Part shown: one piece after another, positions 56,256-64,000 of the stretch
Position numbering within the stretch: position 1 is the stretch's first letter
Layout: every line of letters begins with the position of its first letter
Assembly (NCBI GenBank): GCA_003402705.1
Contig: QQNF01000007.1
Span: 31,558 to 95,557 of the forward strand
Direction of reading: 5' to 3'
Source: Verrucomicrobiota bacterium
GTDB taxonomy: Bacteria; Verrucomicrobiota; Verrucomicrobiia; Verrucomicrobiales; V1-33
DNA: 64,000 nt
The notes under the pieces: generated by a model
What the model saw: the letters and a program-made list of their open reading frames with translations, nothing else
Database searches by the model: none
What the model was told of the DNA's origin: nothing
Made by a program: the position numbers and the translations under genes

Positions 56256-58769
56256 ATGCTCGCTGCCGCTGAAAACCTGTCGCAGATGGAAAAATACCTG
56301 CCCTACCTCGTCCTCGGCATCGGGGTCGTCGCCGCCGGTCTCTTCGTCGCCTACTTCGCCTCCGAAACCGATCGCCGCAAACGCATCGTCGGCTCCATCC
56401 TCTCTCTCGTCCTCACCGCCTTCAGCATCTTCTGTATCACCGAAGGCAAGGGCGTCAAAAAAGGCATCGACCTCCAAGGCGGCGCTTCCTTCCTCGTCCG
56501 CGTCCAACCCGCCGGCGAACGCCCCGTCACCCCGGACGTCCTCGCCACCGCCCAGGCCATCATCGAATCCCGCCTCAACCCCACCGGCGGCAAAGACGTC
56601 GTCGTCACCCCTCAAGGCACCGACCGTCTCTACGTCGAAGTCCCCGGCCTCAGCGACGAAGAAATCGCCAACTCCAAGTCCGTCATCGAACGGGTCGCGA
56701 AACTCGAATTCCGCCTCCTCGGCGCAGACGGCTTCAACTTCACCAACGAAGCCGACCAAACCCTCAAGCCGGACGCCACCAAAATGCGCTACCTCGGCGA
56801 CCGCGGCGACGACAAAGCCAAGGAAGCCCGCGAGCCAGGCAAACCCCGCCCGAAACCTGACACGTTCATCTGGGTCAAAAAGAAGGTCGAAATGCAGGGC
56901 AAAAGCGTCAAGTTCGCCTACGCCGCCCTCAACCCTGGCTCGGTCAACTACCACATCGTCGTCGAACTCCACTCGGAATTCGGTGACCAGATGCGCAAGC
57001 TCACCAGCACCAACAAGGGCCGCCCCATGGCCATCATCATGGACAACGAGGTCCTCTCGGCCCCGTCCATCAACGGCGAATTCGGCGCCAACTTCGAAAT
57101 CACCGGCGGCTTCGACGAAACCGAAGCCCGCGACCTCTCCAGCGCTCTCATGAACCCGCTGGAAAACCCGCTCCTCGTCGAGCAGTCCAGCACCATCTCC
57201 CCCACCTACGGGAAGGAAACCGTCCAGCAGGGCATCTACGCCTGTCTCGTCGGCCTCGGGCTCACGCTCTTCTTCATGATGCTCTACTACCGACTCTCCG
57301 GCATCATCGCCGTCGTCGGCCTCATCGTAAACCTCCTCCTCCTCCTCGGTGCCATGCGCGTCTTCGACCAGACGCTCACCATGCCCGGCATCGCCGGGAT
57401 CATCCTCACCCTCGGGATGGCCATCGACGCCAACGTCCTCATCTACGAGCGTCTCCGCGAGGAACTCAAAGCCGGCCGCTCCCTCGGGCCCGCCATCAAC
57501 GCCGCCTACAGCAAGGCCTTCAGCGCCATTTTCGACTCGAACATCACCACGCTCATCACCTCGGTCATCATGATCGTCATCGCCACCGGCGCTGTGAAGG
57601 GCTTCGGTCTCTCCCTCACCATCGGCCTCATCGCCTCGATGTTCTCAGCCCTCCTCATCACCCGCGTCTGCTTCCTCTGGCTCAGCGGCGCAGGCCTCGA
57701 AAAGGTCTCCTTCATGGAACTCATCCAGAACCGGCTCTACGACTTCATGGGCAAACGCAAACTCTGGCTCACCATCTCCGCCATCGTCTGCACCATCATG
57801 CTCGTCATCGTCGGCATCAAAGGGACCAAGGTCCTCGGCTACGAACTCCGCGGCGGCGATGTCGTCAGTCTCAATAACGTCCCCTCCGCCACCGAAGACT
57901 CGGTCCGCACCGCCCTCCAGGGCTGGAAGGTCACCACCAAAGACGGTTCCTCCCTCGACGCCAACAACGTCAACGTCACCACCGTCAAACCGCTCACCGG
58001 CGACGCCTACACCATCCTCCGCAGCCCACCCGCCACCGCCGACTCCCTCAAGGCTCACCTCGCCTCCGCCCTCGGCGGCTCCGACGCCGCCCTCAAACAG
58101 AAATTCTCCGAAGCCTCCGCCGAATCCATGGGCTCCGCAGTCGGCGGCGAAATGCTCACCAAATCCCTCTGGGCGCTCGGTCTCGGCCTCCTCGGCATCT
58201 TCATCTACCTCACGTTCCGCTTCGAAATGCCCTTCGCCATCGGCGGGATCGTCGCCATTCTCCACGACGTCATCATCGCCGTCGGAGCCTGCGCCATCGC
58301 TGGCAAGGAAATCGGCCTCATCCTCATCGGTGCCTTCCTCACCATCGCAGGTTACTCCATCAACGACACCATCGTCATCTTCGACCGCGTCCGCGATGAC
58401 CTCCGCACCATGAAGGGCGACCTCAAAGACGTCCTCAACCACGCCATCAGCGCCACGCTCAGCCGGACCATCATCACCTCCGGCGTCACCTCCCTCGCCG
58501 TCCTCGCCATGTGGCTCTTCGGCGGCAAATCCATGGCCGACTTCTCCTTCGCCATGCTCATCGGCATGCTCTCAGGAGTCTACTCCACCATCTTCATCGC
58601 CAGCCCAGTCGTCCTCTGGTGGGCCGATCGCCGGAAACTCAACCTCCGTCAGCAAATCCTCGACGCCGACGCCATCGCCCTCGAAGCCCTCAGCGGCCTC
58701 GAACGCGAAGCCCCGGACAAGAAGGGCAAATCCGCTGAAGGCGACCAGGCCGCCCTCCCCAGTTCCTAA
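56256..58769 (+). CDS. secDF: Fused protein-export membrane protein SecDF
   Basis: 837 aa. SecD periplasmic domain plus TM bundle (GIAGIILTLGMAIDANVLIYERLREE), followed by a SecF half (AGYSINDTIVIFDRVRDD). Sits in the conserved tgt-yajC-secDF context. Confidence 0.9.
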   Translation: MLAAAENLSQMEKYLPYLVLGIGVVAAGLFVAYFASETDRRKRIVGSILSLVLTAFSIFCITEGKGVKKGIDLQGGASFLVRVQPAGERPVTPDVLATAQAIIESRLNPTGGKDVVVTPQGTDRLYVEVPGLSDEEIANSKSVIERVAKLEFRLLGADGFNFTNEADQTLKPDATKMRYLGDRGDDKAKEAREPGKPRPKPDTFIWVKKKVEMQGKSVKFAYAALNPGSVNYHIVVELHSEFGDQMRKLTSTNKGRPMAIIMDNEVLSAPSINGEFGANFEITGGFDETEARDLSSALMNPLENPLLVEQSSTISPTYGKETVQQGIYACLVGLGLTLFFMMLYYRLSGIIAVVGLIVNLLLLLGAMRVFDQTLTMPGIAGIILTLGMAIDANVLIYERLREELKAGRSLGPAINAAYSKAFSAIFDSNITTLITSVIMIVIATGAVKGFGLSLTIGLIASMFSALLITRVCFLWLSGAGLEKVSFMELIQNRLYDFMGKRKLWLTISAIVCTIMLVIVGIKGTKVLGYELRGGDVVSLNNVPSATEDSVRTALQGWKVTTKDGSSLDANNVNVTTVKPLTGDAYTILRSPPATADSLKAHLASALGGSDAALKQKFSEASAESMGSAVGGEMLTKSLWALGLGLLGIFIYLTFRFEMPFAIGGIVAILHDVIIAVGACAIAGKEIGLILIGAFLTIAGYSINDTIVIFDRVRDDLRTMKGDLKDVLNHAISATLSRTIITSGVTSLAVLAMWLFGGKSMADFSFAMLIGMLSGVYSTIFIASPVVLWWADRRKLNLRQQILDADAIALEALSGLEREAPDKKGKSAEGDQAALPSS

Positions 58770-58796
58770 CGGTCAACCCCGGCCCGCCCCGCACCC

Positions 58797-59789
58797 ATGA
58801 TCACGGTGCCGCTCCACCTCCGCGGCCCGGTCGATATGCACGTGCACCTCGTCGGCAACGGGCTCTCAGGCTCCGGTTGCTGGCTCAAACCCCCATTCCT
58901 CCACCGCTTCCTCGCCGACTGGATGCTCCGCCAGCTCGGCCTCAAGGTCTCGTGGCGCGCCCCCGAATTCGACGACGCCTACGTCGACCTCCTCACCCGC
59001 TGGCTCCGCGACAGCCCGGTCTCCCACGCCGTCCTCCTCGCCCACGAGGAGGTCTATGACCACTCAGGCCAGAAACTCAACTTCGGCTCGCTCCACGTCC
59101 CCAACGACTACGTCTTCGCCGTCTGCCGCCGCCACCCGGAACTCCTCCCCGCCGTCTCCATCCACCCAGCCCGACCCGACGCCCTCGACGAACTCGACCG
59201 CTGTCTCGATCTCGGTGCCGTCATGCTCAAGTTCCTCCCGAACTGCCAGAACATCGACACGCGTCTCCCACGCTACCGCCCGTTCTGGAACCGCATGGCC
59301 GCCGCCAGGCTCCCCCTCCTCGCCCACTCCGGCGGCGAACACACCGTCCCCCAAATCGATCCCTCCCTCGCCGACCCTCGCTCCCTCACCGGTGCCCTCG
59401 AAGCCGGAGTCACCGTCATCGCCGCTCACGCCGCCACCCGCAGCGGTCTCCGCGACCCCGATTACCTCGACCACCTCCTCGAAATGATGCGCCGCTGGCC
59501 CAATCTCTTCGCAGACATCAGCGCCCTCAACCTCCCCATCCGCAGCGCCGGCCTCGCCCGGCTCCTCAAACTCCCGGAATGGCACCACCGGCTCTTCCAC
59601 GGCAGCGACTTCCCGGTCCCCATCCAGCCCTCATGGGCCAGATTCCGCGGCATCCTCCCAGCCCACGCCGCCCGCCACTGGGCCTCCATTCCCAACTTCC
59701 TCCACCGCGACTTCGGCCTGAAATCCGCCCTCGGCTTCCCCGACCACGTCTTCACCGGCATCTGGCAGCACCTCCGCGTCTCCGCCTGA
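58797..59789 (+). CDS. Amidohydrolase-2 family metal-dependent hydrolase
   Basis: VDMHVHLVGNG N-terminal HxH motif, LLAHSGGEH, and a C-terminal HGSDFPVP. Confidence 0.7.
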   Translation: MITVPLHLRGPVDMHVHLVGNGLSGSGCWLKPPFLHRFLADWMLRQLGLKVSWRAPEFDDAYVDLLTRWLRDSPVSHAVLLAHEEVYDHSGQKLNFGSLHVPNDYVFAVCRRHPELLPAVSIHPARPDALDELDRCLDLGAVMLKFLPNCQNIDTRLPRYRPFWNRMAAARLPLLAHSGGEHTVPQIDPSLADPRSLTGALEAGVTVIAAHAATRSGLRDPDYLDHLLEMMRRWPNLFADISALNLPIRSAGLARLLKLPEWHHRLFHGSDFPVPIQPSWARFRGILPAHAARHWASIPNFLHRDFGLKSALGFPDHVFTGIWQHLRVSA

Positions 59790-59912
59790 TCCATCGCTCC
59801 CATCTCCCCTTCAAGGGAAACGGTCCCTTGACGCGCCCCCGTTCCCACCGGATGAAACCCTCCCGCCCGGCCGCACACAGCCCGGGCTTTTCTGTTTAGT
59901 CAGTCAATTACT

Positions 59913-61418
59913 ATGCCCTGGGACTGGAAAACCACGCTCTGGTTTGTTTGCTATCTGCCGGTAGTCGTCGGCCTCACGCTGTTCGGACTCCACCGGTTCT
60001 ACATCGTTTGGCTCTTTTGGAAACATTATCGTAACCCACCAAAGCCAGCCGGCCACTTCGAATCCCTCCCGCTCGTCACCGTCCAGCTCCCCGTCTTCAA
60101 CGAAATGCACGTCGTCAGGCGTCTCGTCGAAGCCGTCGCCCGCCTCGACTACCCGCAACACCTCCTTCAGATCCAGATCCTCGACGACTCCACAGACGAA
60201 ACCGTCGCCATCTGCGCCGACGAAGCCTCCCGCCTCTCCGCCCTCGGCTTCGACGTCTCCCACATCCACCGCACCAACCGCGAGGGCTTCAAAGCCGGTG
60301 CCATGGAACACGGTCTCCTCACCGCCCGCGGCGACTTCGTCTTCATCCTCGACGCCGACTTCATCCCCCAGCCCGGCGTCCTCAAGGACATGATCGACTA
60401 CTTCACCGACCCCAAAATCGCGCTCGTCCAAAGCCGTTGGGGCCACCTCAACCGCGACTACTCGCTCCTCACCCAAGTCCAAGCCATGTTCCTCGACGGC
60501 CACCTCGTCGTCGAACAGGTCGCCCGCAGCCGCGCCGGCCGCTTCTTCAACTTCAACGGCACCGCAGGCATCTGGCGCAAAGCCGCCATCATCGACGCCG
60601 GCGGCTGGGAACACGACACGCTCACCGAAGACCTCGACCTCTCCTACCGCGCCCAGATGAAGGGCTGGCGCTTCATCTTCCTCTGCGACCTCGTCACCCC
60701 CGCTGAACTCCCCGTCGACGTCAACGGCTTCAAAACCCAGCAGCACCGCTGGACCAAGGGCTCCATCCAGACCTGCAAAAAAATGCTCGGCCCAGTCTGG
60801 CGCTCCAAACAACCCCTCGCCATCAAACTCGAAGCCACCGTCCACCTCGCCATCAACTTCATGAACCTCCTCCTCCTCTGCCAGTGCGTCGTCGCATGGC
60901 CAGGCATGGGCGGTCAGTTCAATATGGGAGGCTACCGTCTCTGGCTCCTCGACCTCCCAGTCTTCTTCTTCAGCACCGTCTCCGTCGCCACGTTCTACCT
61001 CTCCAGTCAGATCGCCGCTTACCCGAAACACTGGCTCAAGCACATGCTCTACTACCCCATGCTCGTCGCCGTCCTCGTCGGCATGGCAGTCAATAACGGC
61101 CGCGCCGTCCTCGAAGCCCTCTTCAACCAGGAATCCCCCTTCGTCCGTACCCCAAAATACGGCATCCAAGGCCGCGAAAAAGCTCCCGCCGCTAAAAAGA
61201 ATTACAAGTCCCTCAAATCCATCGCCTTAGGCGCAGAAATCACCTGCGCTTTATATTTCACAGCTGCCCTTATTTCAGCTTTCTTAAAAAATTACTGGAG
61301 TTCCGTCCCGTTTTTGTTACTTTTCGCCGCGGGTTTCTGGTACGTCGCTTGTGGCTCTCTGCCCCAGCTCTTCCCAGCAGCCCGAAATGAGGACGAAAAC
61401 GGCCCGATCGCTGCTTAA
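59913..61418 (+). CDS. Family-2 processive glycosyltransferase (cellulose-synthase-like)
   Basis: [33 protein letters not shown] (QxxRW), plus N- and C-terminal TM helices. Confidence 0.85.
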   Translation: MPWDWKTTLWFVCYLPVVVGLTLFGLHRFYIVWLFWKHYRNPPKPAGHFESLPLVTVQLPVFNEMHVVRRLVEAVARLDYPQHLLQIQILDDSTDETVAICADEASRLSALGFDVSHIHRTNREGFKAGAMEHGLLTARGDFVFILDADFIPQPGVLKDMIDYFTDPKIALVQSRWGHLNRDYSLLTQVQAMFLDGHLVVEQVARSRAGRFFNFNGTAGIWRKAAIIDAGGWEHDTLTEDLDLSYRAQMKGWRFIFLCDLVTPAELPVDVNGFKTQQHRWTKGSIQTCKKMLGPVWRSKQPLAIKLEATVHLAINFMNLLLLCQCVVAWPGMGGQFNMGGYRLWLLDLPVFFFSTVSVATFYLSSQIAAYPKHWLKHMLYYPMLVAVLVGMAVNNGRAVLEALFNQESPFVRTPKYGIQGREKAPAAKKNYKSLKSIALGAEITCALYFTAALISAFLKNYWSSVPFLLLFAAGFWYVACGSLPQLFPAARNEDENGPIAA

Positions 61419-61442
61419 GTTCTCTCCAACGGGAACTCTCGA

Positions 61443-62129
61443 ATGAATCACCCTTCCACCTCTCTCGCCACCACCAGCCGCACCCGCGCCGCGTGGCCAG
61501 CCGCCCTCATCGCTCTCGCCGCAGCCCTCCTCTGCAGCAACTGCGCCTCCCACTCCAAGGCCGCTAAAGAAATCAGAGTCTCCGTCCGCGACCAGAAAGC
61601 CGTCCTCTACGAACGCGGCGAACCCGTTCGCGTCTACGGCATCTCCACCTCCAAATTCGGCCTCGGCGACTCCATGAATAGTTGCCGCACCCCCATCGGC
61701 AAACTCCGCGTCGTCCGCAAAATCGGCCACGGCATGCCCCCAGGCATGGTCTTCAAACACCGCCACGCCACCGGCGAAATCCTCGCACCAGACGCCCCCG
61801 GCCGCGACCCCGTCGTCACCCGCATCCTCTGGCTCGCAGGCGCAGACTCCAATACCCGCAACACCCAGCGCCGCTGCATCTACATCCACGGCACCCCCGA
61901 AGAACGCAACATCGGCCGCCCAGCCAGCTACGGCTGCGTCCGCATGCGCAGCATGGACGTCATCGACCTCTTCAACCGCACCCCCGTCGGCACCCCCGTC
62001 ATCATCGAGAAAAATGGCCTCCCACTCGAAGCCAAACTCATGCGCGCGTACGCTTACAAGGCCCCCTCCCGCCCAGACCGCTCCCCAGGCACTCCCATCA
62101 AGGCCGATACCGCCGTCGCCACCCGCTGA
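61443..62129 (+). CDS. L,D-transpeptidase (YkuD domain), probable lipoprotein
   Basis: CIYIHGTPEERNIGRPASYGCVRMRSMDVIDLF. Clear paralogue of 25278-25763. Confidence 0.8.
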   Translation: MNHPSTSLATTSRTRAAWPAALIALAAALLCSNCASHSKAAKEIRVSVRDQKAVLYERGEPVRVYGISTSKFGLGDSMNSCRTPIGKLRVVRKIGHGMPPGMVFKHRHATGEILAPDAPGRDPVVTRILWLAGADSNTRNTQRRCIYIHGTPEERNIGRPASYGCVRMRSMDVIDLFNRTPVGTPVIIEKNGLPLEAKLMRAYAYKAPSRPDRSPGTPIKADTAVATR

Positions 62130-62204
62130 TTCCCCTCAGCTCTTTCGCCTCCCGGCGCTCTTTTCCCTGGCCTAGGCACGCCCCCTGCACCATGACCTCA
62201 CGTC

Positions 62205-63860
62205 ATGCGTCGCTTCCTCGCCGCCCTCCTCGCCGGTTGGCTCACCCTCCTCTTCTCCGCTTGCTCCGGCGAATCCATCAACGCCACCGAAGGCGCCCGC
62301 CGGAAAATCCTCCTCGTCAATAACAAGGACGACCCGCGCTGGCTCGACCTCCACCGCACCAACAGCGTCGTCGAGAACAATATCATGCTCGCCCTCCACG
62401 AGGGCCTCGTCGTCGAAGGTGCCACCAACGAACGCGACCCCGACCCCGGCATCGCCGCCTCATGGCAGTCCAACCCGGAAAAATCCGTCTGGTCCTTCCA
62501 ACTCAGACCCGACGCCCGCTGGTCCGACGGCAACCCCATCACCCCGGACGACTTCATCTGGTCATGGCAGCGGCTCCTCAACCCAAAGCTCGCCGCCGAA
62601 TACTCCGGCATGCTCTTCATCGTCAAAAACGGCCGCGAAATCTTCGAAGGCAAACTCCCCGCTGACCAGCTCGGCGCCAGAAAAACCGGCCCCCATTCCC
62701 TCGAAATCACCCTAACCGGCCCCACCCCTCACTTCCCCCAGGTCCTCTGCCACTCCATCTGGTGCCCCCTCGCCCGCCACTGTCTCGAAAAATACGGCGA
62801 CCCCCTCAGCGCTCTCAACCCATGGACCGATGACGGCAAAATGATCACTAGCGGCCCGTTCCGACTCAAAACCTATCTCTTCCGCCGCTACCTCGAAGTC
62901 GAAAAAAATCCCCACTACTGGGACGCCGCCACTGTCAAACTCGACGGCATCCGCTTCTACCCCATCACCAGCGAACAAACCGAAGACCGGCTCTTCCGCC
63001 GCGGCCAGCTCCACATCACCTACAACGTCCCGCTCGATAAAGCCCCCACCTATCTCCACGACCACCCGGACGTCATCGTCAATGACCCTAACCTCGCCGT
63101 CCGCTTCTACCGCGTCAATACCAAGCGCAAACCCTTCGACGACGCCCGCGTCCGCCGCGCCCTCGGCCTCGCCATCGACCGCCAGTCGCTCGTCGACAAT
63201 GTCCTCCGCGAAAACCAGCGCCCCGCCTTCGGCGTCGTCCCTCCCATGGACGGCTACGACGAGGTCAAAGGCTTCTCCTTCGACATCGCCGAAGCCCAGC
63301 GTCTCCTCGCCGAAGCTGGCTTCCCTAACGGCCAAGGCTGGCCCTCCAATGTCAAACTCCACATCGCCGACTCCGAACGCGCCATCCAGGTCGCCGAAGC
63401 CATGCAGGCCATGTGGCAGAAAAACCTCGGCATCCGCATCCCCATCCGCATGGAAGATTACAATTCATATCTCTCTTCCCAGCAGCACATGGACTACGAC
63501 ATCTCCGACGCCGGCTGGAACGCGGACTACTACGACCCCGCCACCTTCATCGACATGTGGCTCACCGACGGCGGCAACAACCGCACCGGTTGGTCCAACC
63601 CCGCCTTCGACAAGCTCCTCGAAGAATCCGGCCAGTGCACCGACGCCGCTTCACGCCTCGCCACGCTCCGCAAAGCCGAAGCCCTCCTCCTCTCGGAAGC
63701 CCCCGTCCTCCCCTACTACTACTACACCCGCACCCGCATGATCCACCCTGCAGTCGTCGGCTGGACCAAACGTCTCCTCGACGACCGCATGTGGAAATAC
63801 TTCGACCTCCGCTACCCGCCTCCCCCTAGCTCCATGGATGGCGAACTCCGCAGGGAATAA
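62205..63860 (+). CDS. ABC transporter substrate-binding protein, family 5 (peptide/nickel)
   Basis: Lipobox LLFSACSG. WSDGNPITPDDFIWSWQRLLNP is typical of the OppA/DppA family. Confidence 0.85.
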   Translation: MRRFLAALLAGWLTLLFSACSGESINATEGARRKILLVNNKDDPRWLDLHRTNSVVENNIMLALHEGLVVEGATNERDPDPGIAASWQSNPEKSVWSFQLRPDARWSDGNPITPDDFIWSWQRLLNPKLAAEYSGMLFIVKNGREIFEGKLPADQLGARKTGPHSLEITLTGPTPHFPQVLCHSIWCPLARHCLEKYGDPLSALNPWTDDGKMITSGPFRLKTYLFRRYLEVEKNPHYWDAATVKLDGIRFYPITSEQTEDRLFRRGQLHITYNVPLDKAPTYLHDHPDVIVNDPNLAVRFYRVNTKRKPFDDARVRRALGLAIDRQSLVDNVLRENQRPAFGVVPPMDGYDEVKGFSFDIAEAQRLLAEAGFPNGQGWPSNVKLHIADSERAIQVAEAMQAMWQKNLGIRIPIRMEDYNSYLSSQQHMDYDISDAGWNADYYDPATFIDMWLTDGGNNRTGWSNPAFDKLLEESGQCTDAASRLATLRKAEALLLSEAPVLPYYYYTRTRMIHPAVVGWTKRLLDDRMWKYFDLRYPPPPSSMDGELRRE

Positions 63861-63885
63861 CCCACCCGCCCATCTTTCCCCATCC

Positions 63886-64000
63886 ATGCTCCGCTTCATC
63901 GCCAGTCGTCTCCTCCAGTCCGCGGCCGTCCTCCTCGCGGTCTTCACCATGACGTTCTTCATGATCCGTCTCGCCCCAGGCGATCCCTTCGCCTCCGAGA
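63886..64000 (+). CDS. ABC peptide transporter permease (OppB/DppB-like), 5' fragment
   Basis: The ATG at 63886 gives MLRFIASRLLQSAAVLLAVFTMTFFMIRLAPGDPFASE, the canonical N-terminus of this permease family. It runs off the window, so it is not in the track. Confidence 0.7.
   Translation, partial: MLRFIASRLLQSAAVLLAVFTMTFFMIRLAPGDPFASE

Overview
High-GC (about 65%) chromosomal segment, probably from a member of the Planctomycetes-Verrucomicrobia group. That placement is an inference from a PSCyt/DUF1549/DUF1553 protein, a PEP-CTERM anchor, sulfatases and exported Tat-signal oxidoreductases. Most of the window is ordinary core genome: fabH, tamB-tamA, asnB, rpoZ, smpB, moaA, manA, ftsK, parB, nnr, ppk1, cutA, tgt-yajC-secDF and an Opp/Dpp-type ABC importer. 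A secreted TPR protein of more than 2047 codons runs off the left edge, so it is missing from the ORF track. Four things stand out. (1) A roughly 7 kb accessory island at 45.4-52.4 kb. It holds a compositionally foreign, translationally coupled operon of ABC-type AAA ATPase + PIN nuclease + RNA ligase; I know of no characterised system with this trio, making it the best candidate for something new. (2) In the same island, a complete diversity-generating retroelement (DGR). It has a C-type-lectin/FGE-fold target gene, an HRDC accessory gene, a reverse transcriptase, and a TR/VR pair with 19 mismatches, all at TR adenines. (3) A strong plus-strand switch from G-rich to C-rich around 28-30.5 kb, visible as G3 versus C3 codon usage. 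It implies a replication terminus, and a dif-like 28-mer sits at 31703-31730, just upstream of ftsK. (4) An unexplained array of three tandem units of about 210 bp, each with a triple 9-bp TTGAC repeat, at 11.0-11.6 kb. I recognised no rRNA, tRNA or CRISPR array by eye, but this was not an exhaustive scan. Many long ORFs in the track are shadow frames of high-GC genes (P/S/R-rich or G/E/A-rich) and were discarded.
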